From NCBI GenBank assembly GCA_013416795.1, contig RQSC01000033.1:250583-314582 (forward strand): a DNA stretch of 64,000 bases, written 5' to 3'. Positions 50,769 through 60,221 of this stretch are shown piece after piece. The notes beneath the pieces are model-generated. The model saw only the letters and a program-made list of their open reading frames with translations, was not told the origin of the DNA and ran no database searches. How positions within the stretch are numbered: the first letter of the stretch is position 1; each line of letters starts with the position of its first letter. Source of the DNA: Prasinococcaceae sp. CCMP 1430. Its lineage: Eukaryota > Plantae > Prasinodermophyta. The position numbers and the translations under genes were made by a program.

Positions 50769-53657
50769 CTACGCGAGCGCGGCCAAGTCGCACTGGAGCT
50801 CGGCGAGACGCGCCGCGCATTCCTCTGTCGTGCGTGCGCTTACCACGGGGACGCTCGCGGCGGTGGAAGAGTCGCAATCCGACGCGCACGCGTCTGGTGG
50901 CAGCCAGCCAGCGAGGATGAAGGAGTAGGCGGCGCCGTGAGCTTCAAGCGTTGTTGAAATGCCGTTTTCGTCGATGATTGAGGTAGTCGTGTTGGGGGCG
51001 CCAATCATCACTGTGCCGCAAGCACGAGGCGGAGCGTACGACAACGAAGGCGCCAGATACGTTAGCGGCGCTGGCGAGAACGATCTGCTACATCTACGGG
51101 ACGAGCCAATCCCCCTTGGCAGGAGATACATCAAGGGAACAAAAAACTCACCTGCGGTGCCGCTCGCAGCCACACTGCGACCAAAGTTCCCATCGTCTTC
51201 GCCGTCAGGGACGCTCATCGTTGCGACCTGAGTCCATATGCCGCAGCTGCGGTGGAAGGCGTACGTGTTCGACTCTGCGGTTGCATTGGCCAGTGCTGGC
51301 GCGCCGAGCACGACGAGGTCATCGTACAGGGCCGCCGATACCACCCGCTGCCCTGGCGCGGCATCAATGGGCACGAGGAGTGCCTGCTCGCTCCAGGTTC
51401 CGCCGACGCGAACGAAGACGACACCACTGCCGACGCTGCCGCTGTCGTCGTCTGTGCTCCTGGATACAACTACGGCTGTGTCTCCATCGAGTGCCACCTC
51501 AGCGAAGCCGCCGCCAGGCTCATCGTATGCTTGGAGCAGCTTGTCCGTCTCGAGCCACCCGCCGTCCGGCATTCGATCGAACACGTACACCGCGCCACGC
51601 CCGTCGCGGTGAAAAGCGGACACCACCATCGCAGTGTCTCCTGAAATTGCGGTCGAGAAGCCAAAGCTGTCGCCAGCCACAAGCTCGTCCATGGTCTCAT
51701 CTGGGGGGCTGTAATCGAAACGCGGCGCGGGGGTCAGCTTCGCCGTCTGCTCCCACGCCCCAGTAACGTTGCTGCGTTCAAACACGTAGGCCGCCCCGCA
51801 GTCTTGACCCTCGGCGTCTTCCCCTTCTTCGTAAAGGAAGCCCTCGCACGCATGAGCGGCAGCGCCGATGACTGCCGTGTTACCGTCGATGCTCAAGCCC
51901 CACCCGAAGAGGGCGCCGGGCGTGGGGTCGTCGGGCCGGAGCACGGCCGTCTGGCTCCATGCTCCGGTGAGAGGGTCGCGCGCGTATGCGTACACGATGC
52001 CCGAGTCGGCAATGGTCGCACTGAAGTGGCTGTACGGGGCTCCAACGAGCGCGGTGTCTCCGGAGACGGCGACGGTCAGGCCAAATTCGTCGCCACTCTG
52101 AGTTTCGACAGGCTGCAGGCGGGTCACCTCCTGCCACTGGCCGCTGAGCTGACGCTCGAAGATCCAGGCGGCGCCGGTCGAGTCGTCCTTGCCCCTTCCG
52201 CCGATGGCCGCGTAGTCACCGCTCACTGCTGTGGCGACGCCGAAGTTGTCGTTGGCCTCGCGATCGTCGTGCAAAAGCTGGTCCCCGGTGACATCTGGGA
52301 CAGGCCCCGACGTCGCGCTGGCGGCGTAGGCCGCAGCTTGCGCCGCCGCTAGCTCCGCAGTAAGCGCGGTCTCGTCCGCTTCGCATTCGGCGCATTCATT
52401 GACGAGTGATGGCAGCTCGTAGATGAATGCCGTGCCATGGTCCGCTGTCCCTTCGTGGGTTGCGGTGGGGATTGCGATGACGGCAGTGTCGCCGGAGATC
52501 ATTGCGCGGCGCATTGATTGCGGGTCGCCCTGGAGGTCCTGGGGCACTTCGAGCGTGGCGACCAGTGACCAGTTGCCACACGAGCGGTGGTACAGGTGCG
52601 CTGACTCCCACGGCGTGTCATCGTGGTACGTGTACCAGCCGTCGAAGAGTGCGAAGTCTCCGCTGATGCTGACAGAGCTGCCGTCTGATCGGATGGGGGT
52701 CGCGACCTCGGGCCATGCCGTGCCTTGCTTCGTGAATATGTGCGACGTGTTGATCCACGGGGTGCCGAACATCATCGTCTCCCCGCCGAGGTCGTCCAAG
52801 TCGAGGTGCTCGCCAAAGTGGCTCAGCCGCTGTCCCTCAAGATTGTAGGCTGCTTGGAACTTCTGCTGCTCGGCCCACTCCCCATCTGCGCCGCGCTCGA
52901 AAACGTAGGCGGCGCCTCGATTAAAGTCTTCACCCGCGCTGACGATGATCGCACGGTCACCGTATAGCTTGACGCCGAATCCCAGGCGGTCACCGGGCTT
53001 GATGTCACTGGTGGTGAGTTTCGCGGTCTGCGACCACTCGCCGTTCTCGTCCTGCTCAAAGACGAACACCGCGCCGCAAAGCTGGGCGCCCTCGGCCCAC
53101 TCTTCGGCCGTCGGGTAATCCAAGTTGATCGGATCGTAGAAGACGGTGTCGACCCATGTCTCGTTGAAGCCCGCGGCGCCATCCTCGCAGTACATGTACG
53201 GTGCGCCGACCAACGCCGTGCCGTTGTGGATGTCCACGGCAAGGCCGAACCTCGAGCCCGCTGCGGCGACGTCCGACGTGAGGATGGCCGTCTGGGCGAA
53301 GGCTCCATCGGCGTCTTTTTCGAAGACGACGGCGACGCCGACGAGGCTGCCCTCCTCGCCTGGGCTGAGGAAGGTCCTCGGCGCCCCGACAATGGCCGTC
53401 TTGGTGGCATCGTCCACGTTGACCCACTGGCCGAGGCGATAGTCTTCGTCCACAGCGACCGGCAGCTCGATGCGGGTGGTCTCTTTGAAGAGGCCGTCGC
53501 TGGGATCGCGCTCGAATATCCACGCAAGCGCACCGCCCTCATCTGCGACGTCATGGTACTGGTCAGAGCCGAGGATCAGCAGATCCCCCGAGATCTCGAT
53601 CCGGCCGCCGAACGATTCGAGCTCGGAGCCGTTTGCGTGCCACAGCTGCTGCACGTG
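50769..53657 (-). CDS. FG-GAP (integrin-alpha-type) repeat double beta-propeller protein A; signal-peptide exon not located
   Basis: Repeated FG.AV...G..AL.GAP / GAAY.FER blades. In-frame intron 51151-51011 (GTGAG...CAG) restores SGTA|VMIGAP. A probable acceptor lies at 53660-53658. Confidence 0.82.
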   Translation of the reverse strand, partial: HVQQLWHANGSELESFGGRIEISGDLLILGSDQYHDVADEGGALAWIFERDPSDGLFKETTRIELPVAVDEDYRLGQWVNVDDATKTAIVGAPRTFLSPGEEGSLVGVAVVFEKDADGAFAQTAILTSDVAAAGSRFGLAVDIHNGTALVGAPYMYCEDGAAGFNETWVDTVFYDPINLDYPTAEEWAEGAQLCGAVFVFEQDENGEWSQTAKLTTSDIKPGDRLGFGVKLYGDRAIIVSAGEDFNRGAAYVFERGADGEWAEQQKFQAAYNLEGQRLSHFGEHLDLDDLGGETMMFGTPWINTSHIFTKQGTAWPEVATPIRSDGSSVSISGDFALFDGWYTYHDDTPWESAHLYHRSCGNWSLVATLEVPQDLQGDPQSMRRAMISGDTAVIAIPTATHEGTADHGTAFIYELPSLVNECAECEADETALTAELAAAQAAAYAASATSGPVPDVTGDQLLHDDREANDNFGVATAVSGDYAAIGGRGKDDSTGAAWIFERQLSGQWQEVTRLQPVETQSGDEFGLTVAVSGDTALVGAPYSHFSATIADSGIVYAYARDPLTGAWSQTAVLRPDDPTPGALFGWGLSIDGNTAVIGAAAHACEGFLYEEGEDAEGQDCGAAYVFERSNVTGAWEQTAKLTPAPRFDYSPPDETMDELVAGDSFGFSTAISGDTAMVVSAFHRDGRGAVYVFDRMPDGGWLETDKLLQAYDEPGGGFAEVALDGDTAVVVSRSTDDDSGSVGSGVVFVRVGGTWSEQALLVPIDAAPGQRVVSAALYDDLVVLGAPALANATAESNTYAFHRSCGIWTQVATMSVPDGEDDGNFGRSVAASGTAGEFFVPLMYLLPRGIGSSRRCSRSFSPAPLTYLAPSLSYAPPRACGTVMIGAPNTTTSIIDENGISTTLEAHGAAYSFILAGWLPPDACASDCDSSTAASVPVVSARTTEECAARLAELQCDLAALA

Positions 53658-53689
53658 CTGCAGCTTCGGCGTGCCGGCCGGCGGCGCCA

Positions 53690-53779
53690 CCCCGTGCGTG
53701 AGCTGCTTCTGCGCCCCCGCGGGCGCAGAAGCAGCTCACGCACGGGGGCGCAGAAGCAGCTCACGCACGGGGTGAGCTG
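53690..53779. repeat. Perfect 27-bp inverted repeat (4-nt loop) plus a direct copy of the right arm
   Basis: 53690-53716 is the reverse complement of 53721-53747; the right arm repeats at 53746-53772; a partial inverted copy follows before the N at 53780. Confidence 0.9.
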
Positions 53780-54608
53780 NCCAGCCCGGCACCGATGGCC
53801 CTGCACAGTCCCAGCAGTTGAGGCGTCCCGTCACCGCTGTCTGGCACACTGTTCGTGCTCTCGGCTGATTCGAGGCGGCCCGCAAGCGCCACAGACACCG
53901 CAGACATCACGGCAGTGCAACACGCCGTCGAGGTCTTGTCCAGTGCACGAGGCGACAAGCGCGGCCGTGCCCCAGAGAGGGCCCCAGATGGTGGCGTGCG
54001 CGGATCTCGCCGAGAACTCACCTCGGATCCGCCGGCGGTCGCTTCAGCGCGGCGCGCAGGAGCTGGTGCAGCCGCGTTCATGGCCACCATCGGATGCTCC
54101 GCGTGGCGCGCGCGCGCGCGCAGCACGCCGGGCGCGAGAGAGAGGCGAGCCTCCGCTCTCACCCCCACCACCCCTCACCCCCCCCTCCTCGCCGCGAAGG
54201 CCTTCGATGGCGCGGGGCGCCGCCGACACGTCAGTGGCGTGTGTCGCACACGTGCGTTCCACCGTCGGAGTTCGCTGGCGTCGCGCTACTGCGACACGCG
54301 GGTTACGAACTGTGTGCGTCATGATGAATGGCATGCAGACTGGTCTCTGTTCCGTAACTGTCTCGTGACCGGTGCTGCAATTGGCTGCGCTGGCCAAGAG
54401 TGCGCAGCGCGTGCTGCTGCAGGCGCCAGGACGGTGTGCCACGCGCCGTGCACGCGCCGCGCCGCGCGCCGCATCTCATGCCACACCGCGCGCGCTGCGC
54501 GAATGGCGGCGGCGGCCGTTGCCGCGTCCGTCGGCATTGACGGCGGCAGCGCACGCACGCGGTCCTCGAGGCGTCCGTCACGCGCCGGCCGGACGCCCCG
54601 CGCGAGCC

Positions 54609-55809
54609 ATGGCGGCGCAGGGCACCGCGTCAGGTGAGGGGAGGAGGGCATCCCAGATAGATGATCAGATGCCACACCGTAGCTTTGTGTCCTACTCTCA
54701 TGACGCGGTGCTAACTGAGCGCTTCCTTTCTACGTCCGTGCAGCAGACGCGGTCACCGCCCTCAAGGGCGTGCCGGAGACGATGCTTTGGCCTCTGTGGA
54801 ACCGCGCGGCCGAGACAAAGCGCCGCGATGCACTCCTGGAGGATCGCTGGGCGGTGTCGCTGGTCGACGAGCTGGCGACCGTCTACGACTTCGAGGCCAG
54901 TTTCGGGAAGCCGCGCCCGACCTTCCACGGCATCCGCGCTAGGGTGTGCGACGACCTAGTGAAGGCGCACGCAAAGAAACATGGAGAACGCGCCATGGTC
55001 GTGGCGCTAGGAGAGGGCGTCGACACTTCTCGGCTGCGCACAGGCTTCCCCGCTGAGAGTTGGACTAGCGTTGACCTGCCGGAGGTGCGTAGGGTCCAAG
55101 CCGTGTATGCGTGCTTCCCATGTCTCGCGCCCGTCTGTGAGTTGACAGCGGTCAGCTGACACTTGCCCAACGCCATTGCTTGCGGCTTGGCGGCCGTATG
55201 TGATTGAAGTCCATCGCCGCACGCGAAGCGCACGTCCCGGGCTCGAGCGAGGAGCGGCTCATCGCAAAGTCTGCCCTAGACTTCACTTGGATCGACGATC
55301 TCGCGTACGACGCCACGCGTGACGCGCCGCCGTTGATCACCGCGTGTGGTCTGCTCATGTACTTCGAGGAAGAACAGGTACGCATTGGCGCTCGTGGCTG
55401 CGCTCGCCAAACTGAGAGAAGGACGAGCACTGACCGAGCCAGCCACCGCCCAACTCCTGTGCCTGCTTGGGCCTTTATCGCGCAGGTTGTGTCCCTGCTA
55501 CGCGAAATCAGCACCCGTCTTCCCGGCGCTGAGATCTTCTTCGATAGCATCCCGCCAAGGTTCTCGAAGCGAAGCCTCACCCCCAAAGGAGTGGTCGTTA
55601 CCCCCACGTACAGTCTGCCGCCCATGCCCTTTGGTGTACGCGTCGTCGATCTGCCGGACTTTCTCAAGCGCAATGGCTGGACGCCAGTGAAGGTTCAAGA
55701 TTATTCAGCGCCGTTTCCTTCGCGCCTGCGCTTTTACTGGTGGCTTGGCACTCTGGTGCCGCCCGTGCGCGCCGCGCTTGCCGGCTCCCTCGCGCACGCG
55801 CGCTGTTGA
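54609..55809 (+). CDS. Class I SAM-dependent methyltransferase, LCM/TcmP (bacterial polyketide O-methyltransferase-like) family; 4 exons
   Basis: Exons are 54609-54633, 54744(or 54747)-55084, 55210-55377 and 55486-55809. Motifs GVPETMLWPLWNRAAE, VVALGEGVDT, SVDLPE, KSALDFTW, ITACGLLMYF and FFDSIP. Confidence 0.82.
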
Positions 55810-55965
55810 GCGCCAGACCGATGAGCGCAGTCGAGACACAGCAAGAACGGAGTCGTACGGATGGCTTTAAAAGCAATGTTAATCGCGGCGCGGCTCGCCT
55901 GTTCAGGCACCGCTGCCATTTTTCGCACACCATCATGGTCCGCTTTCGGCGCGTGCCACAGCGAG

Positions 55966-58900
55966 CTACGCAGCGAGCGCGTCCACCACGCACTGGAGGT
56001 TGGCAACGCGCTGCTCGCACGCTTCCACAGTGTGCGGGGCGGCATCGACGGCCGTCGGGCAATCTGTTGCGCACGCATCCTCGGCCATGACATCGGCCGG
56101 CAGGTCGAAAACGTCCGCTGCTCCGTGCCCGGGCGCATCGGTGCCATCTTTGGCGGTGGCGTGATAGACAGCGCTGACGACGACCGTGCCATTGGAAAGG
56201 TCGACGGCGCGCCCGAACTCGTCGCCGAGAGGCTCGCTTGGAGGCGGGGAGAGCGTGGCAACGAGGTTCCATTCGCCGCAGTTGCGACGGAAGACGTATG
56301 CAGTGCCGGTCGCGTCGTCCTCCCATATGTTCTTCACAGATCCGATCACCACGAGATTGTCGGAGATGACCGCGCTGGTTCCAAACGTCTCATTCGCGGC
56401 TACGCCACCGATGGGGCTGAGCGTGGCCTGCTCGTACCAGGCCCCATCGATGCGCTGGTAGATATGTGCAAGACCCTCGCTTGCTGACCCGACCACGGCC
56501 GTGTCGCCGGAGATGTCGAGCGCCACCCAGCTGGCGAAGCCACTCCCTTCGTTGCCGTACGAATGGGTGAGTTTCGCCTCCTCACGCCACTGGACAGTGC
56601 CGTTCTCGAGGCTCTCCCGTGCAAACACATACACTGCGCCGCGGCCATCCTGATTCCCCTCGGCTGCCACGAGCGCCAGATCTCCATCAATGGCAGTGTT
56701 GTGACCAAAAACGTCTCCGCCGGTGGCATCTGCAGGCCGCAGCACGGCTTCCTGCGCCCAGCCGCCGCCGTCCTCTTGGCGCACGTACACGTAAGCGACT
56801 CCACAGGCGAGGTCGAGCGCCTCCAAGTCTGGATTGTACTCCGAATAGTAGTCGTAAGAGATCTCGTGGGCTGTCTGGTTGAAGGGCACCCCCTCGCACG
56901 GCTGATTGTACGCCCCTATCACCACAGTGTCGCCCTGCACGGCGATACCGCCGCTGCCGCTCATGAGCGCGAAGGGCTCGAGGCCAGGCGGCTGTATCTT
57001 GGCAGTTTCGACCCACTCCCCTGCATCCGTACGCTCGAACACGTACGCCGCGCCGGTGTTGACCAGGCTAGCATTGGGCCCGGCATCCTGGCGGTGTGCG
57101 CTGATCACAGCGATGTCGCCGTCAAGCGCCACGTACCCCGCAAAGCTGTCCCCAGCCTTTCCGTCGCTGGCCATCAGCTTGGCCACCTCTTCGAACGTGC
57201 CGTCGTCCTGCCTCTCGAAGACATACGCGGCGCCCTGGAAGAGGTTCGTACCGAAGGCGCCCACAAGAATCGTGTTCCCGTCGTCTGAAGCGGCCACGCC
57301 GTGACCAAACGCGTCGTCGGCCGACCCATCTCCGTGGACGATGCGCTGAGCTTCGGATACTTCAAGGGGGTCGTCGACGTTCCCGGCAGCCATCTCGCTC
57401 TGGCGCGCAAGGAACTGCGCCTCAAAGTCTGCGTAGCTCTGCTCGCACTCGGCGCACAAGTTGGCGGGGGCCGACAGGCCAGCGAACAGGTACGCCGCGC
57501 CCTGTCCCTCGGCGTCAACTTCGTCGTTGTCGGCTCCGACGAGCGCATCTCTGCCGGAGAGACCGATGGCGCTCCCGAAAGTCTCGCCACCAGCGAGCTC
57601 GGGATCGGTCAGCACGGCCACCTCCGACCACTCCCCACACACCCTGTGAAACACGTGCGCAGAGCCGGCAAAGCCGCCCTCGCGGTTCGCTCCGGGCACG
57701 CCGGTGGCGATCACGTCCCCATCCAGCAGCGTAAGATAGCCGAAAAAGTTGTTCTCGTGACCGTCGTGAGCGCGCAGCGTCGCCTGCTCGACCCAGGCGT
57801 CGCCGCGGCGAACGAGCACGACAATCTCGCCCTCGCGGCCCCACCCGTGGAAGTCGCCGCAGCAGCCGTAGCTCGAGCCCACGGCGAGGGTGTCTCCACT
57901 GAGAGCGACTGAGCCCTCCCCGAACTTGTGGAATTGGTCGCCCCCGCTGTGCAGAATCTTTGCCGTCTCGACGTACTCGCCGCCGTTGTCGGCCTGCTTC
58001 TCAAACACGTACAGCGCCCCGCGTTCGCTCGAGTATCCGGGCGCCGCAACCACGATCGTGCCATTCTCCACGGTCTGACCGAAGCCGAAGCGATCGTCGG
58101 TGGACGCGTCGCTCGCGACGAGCGTCTGCAGCAGCGCCCACTCGCCAGTGGCGGTGTCGCGCTCGTAGACATAAGCGCGGCCGCAGCGCTGCCCCTCTGG
58201 CACGCCCTCCAGGTCGCCGAACGTCATGTTGGCCAGGTACGCGGCGTCCGTCTCCACGTCAGGGCAGGGGGTGTTGTACGCGCCAATGACGGCGGTCCCG
58301 TCGCGCAGAGCCATGCCCAGCCCAAAGTACGCGTATGGGCCCAGGTCGTCTGGCGCAAGCGTCGTGGTCAGCGACCACTCGCCAGTGGTTGGGTCCCTGT
58401 CGAAGACAACAACCGCACCGCTGTCCGTTGTCGCATTGTCGGCGTCGTAGTTGTACTTCGCTACAAGAGCAGAGTCACCATCAAGTGCGATGACGTCGCC
58501 GTACCGGTCGTCCGGTTGCGGGTCCGGCTGCGTGAGGGGCGTTGCGACGCCGAAGGTGCCGTCGACCTGGCGCTCGTACAGCCACGCTGTATCGATCAAA
58601 CAGTCAGCCTCGATGCAGCGCGATCCGACGAGCGCGTGATCCGCCGTGATGACGGTGGCGGCGCCGAAGGCGTCGCCGGCGGAGTTGGTCGGGTGCAGCA
58701 GCCGCGTCGCGTTGCTGATGAAAGTGGGCGCGGTCTCGGCGCCGTCAGACTCGGCAGAGTCGCCGCCGGGCGAGCCAGCGGGCGGCGCACACGCCCCGCA
58801 GCTCTCGGGACAGATATCGTTGAGGGTTCCGCTGATTCCGGGACTGAAGCCCTGCGCGGCGTCGCTCGAGGAGAGGTCGGTATCGCAATCAATGCCTACA

Positions 58901-59091
58901 GACGCAGCCTGCGGCACCACCGCGCAGCCTCCCTGCGAGGCGAGCTGCTGAAATGCTTCGCCCTTGGCCGTCAGCTCGTCGGCGGTGAGGTCGACGCACG
59001 ACGAGTCACCCGATTGAGCGAGTGCATCGGAAGCGGAAACGGCGACGAGGGCCGCAACTGCGACGCAGGTGGACAGTGCTGGGAGGCGCAT
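55966..59091 (-). CDS. FG-GAP repeat double beta-propeller protein B with signal peptide and N-terminal Cys module
   Basis: MRLPALSTCVAVAALVAVSASDALA signal, a C...CPESCGAC module, and two sets of FG-GAP blades separated by a CAEC helical linker. Single ORF. Confidence 0.85.
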   Translation of the reverse strand: MRLPALSTCVAVAALVAVSASDALAQSGDSSCVDLTADELTAKGEAFQQLASQGGCAVVPQAASVGIDCDTDLSSSDAAQGFSPGISGTLNDICPESCGACAPPAGSPGGDSAESDGAETAPTFISNATRLLHPTNSAGDAFGAATVITADHALVGSRCIEADCLIDTAWLYERQVDGTFGVATPLTQPDPQPDDRYGDVIALDGDSALVAKYNYDADNATTDSGAVVVFDRDPTTGEWSLTTTLAPDDLGPYAYFGLGMALRDGTAVIGAYNTPCPDVETDAAYLANMTFGDLEGVPEGQRCGRAYVYERDTATGEWALLQTLVASDASTDDRFGFGQTVENGTIVVAAPGYSSERGALYVFEKQADNGGEYVETAKILHSGGDQFHKFGEGSVALSGDTLAVGSSYGCCGDFHGWGREGEIVVLVRRGDAWVEQATLRAHDGHENNFFGYLTLLDGDVIATGVPGANREGGFAGSAHVFHRVCGEWSEVAVLTDPELAGGETFGSAIGLSGRDALVGADNDEVDAEGQGAAYLFAGLSAPANLCAECEQSYADFEAQFLARQSEMAAGNVDDPLEVSEAQRIVHGDGSADDAFGHGVAASDDGNTILVGAFGTNLFQGAAYVFERQDDGTFEEVAKLMASDGKAGDSFAGYVALDGDIAVISAHRQDAGPNASLVNTGAAYVFERTDAGEWVETAKIQPPGLEPFALMSGSGGIAVQGDTVVIGAYNQPCEGVPFNQTAHEISYDYYSEYNPDLEALDLACGVAYVYVRQEDGGGWAQEAVLRPADATGGDVFGHNTAIDGDLALVAAEGNQDGRGAVYVFARESLENGTVQWREEAKLTHSYGNEGSGFASWVALDISGDTAVVGSASEGLAHIYQRIDGAWYEQATLSPIGGVAANETFGTSAVISDNLVVIGSVKNIWEDDATGTAYVFRRNCGEWNLVATLSPPPSEPLGDEFGRAVDLSNGTVVVSAVYHATAKDGTDAPGHGAADVFDLPADVMAEDACATDCPTAVDAAPHTVEACEQRVANLQCVVDALAA

Positions 59092-60221
59092 CTTGCGTTG
59101 GTTGTCCTCGACTTGGATAATGCTGCTGCCGTCGCTGCGTGTGCGCGACGGAAGTGCACCTCGCCGCGCGAGCGCGACGCCCTCTGAGGGCCGCCGGCAG
59201 CTGGGCGCGTGTGGCGCCCGCGCCAGGGCCTGCGCGCGTGCGAGACGTCGCCTGAGCGGTGACTGCGTGTCGCGTGCGGGCATGGCGCACGCTGGAAGTG
59301 TGCACGTGGCAGTCATCCCACTGCGCGTGCCGCGCACGCGTGCCGACTCGTCGTGGGAGCGCACGCACGTTTTTGTGGTCGGGATAGATCGAATGTTTGC
59401 GTATCTATCCACATTTTTTGGTCCTCCACGTCAGCCAACATCGACCCGCGACACATTATCATCGCAGCGCGCGCGCCTTCGCCTCTCCCTTTTTCGAAGT
59501 TGCCGGAGCGCCTTCGAAACGCGCGCCGTTGCTGACGAGCTCGAGCCCCTCCCTCGAATCGGAATCCTCGCACGGTCGACAGGAGCCCTTTCGAGAGCAC
59601 ACTATCACTTCGTGCTTGGGCGGTGGTTGGACGGTTAGGCGACGCGGCGGCGTGTGCCGCACACACGCGCCGCTGGCCCGCGTGCAGCGCCACTTTTTGC
59701 GAACCCTGCTGCGATCGCGCGCGCGGCGCGTTTCGTCCCGTCAAAGGCGTCAGTGCTGGCTTTTGATGGCGCATGGCGCACTCCCGTGGCCACATGTGAT
59801 TGCTTTTCACATATGTGTATGGCGATGGGCGACTCATACAACAATTCGGGAATGTGATGCCACCAATGCCGGTTGCCAATGCCACCAACGGCACGACTGA
59901 ACCTGTTGTGTTGGAAGCGATGATGTCGATCAAAGAGGATGTAGCCCCCCGCTGGTGAGGCGGTCCGCAGCTGACTCGGGCTGGTGCCCGCACACGGTCA
60001 CGCGCCGGCGCCACAGCGCGCGCGGCCCCCCGCGCGGCCCGCCCGCGAACCGCCGGCCGCCGGCTGCCAGCGGCCCTGCGCGCCTGCGCCTCGGGGCGCC
60101 GCGCTGCGCGCTTTCGCTCGCTGAGGGGCGCTCTGGGCGAGGTGGTTGCCCAAAACGCTCGGCAAAACCACGGCCGCGCTGCCACACGTCGTCCGGGCCG
60201 TCGGACTTAGCTCCAGAGAGA

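Noticed and set aside
59092-59412. N-terminal 107 aa of the 1148-aa FG-GAP ORF
   Set aside because: It precedes a clear signal peptide starting at ATG 59091 and is probably 5' UTR or intergenic.
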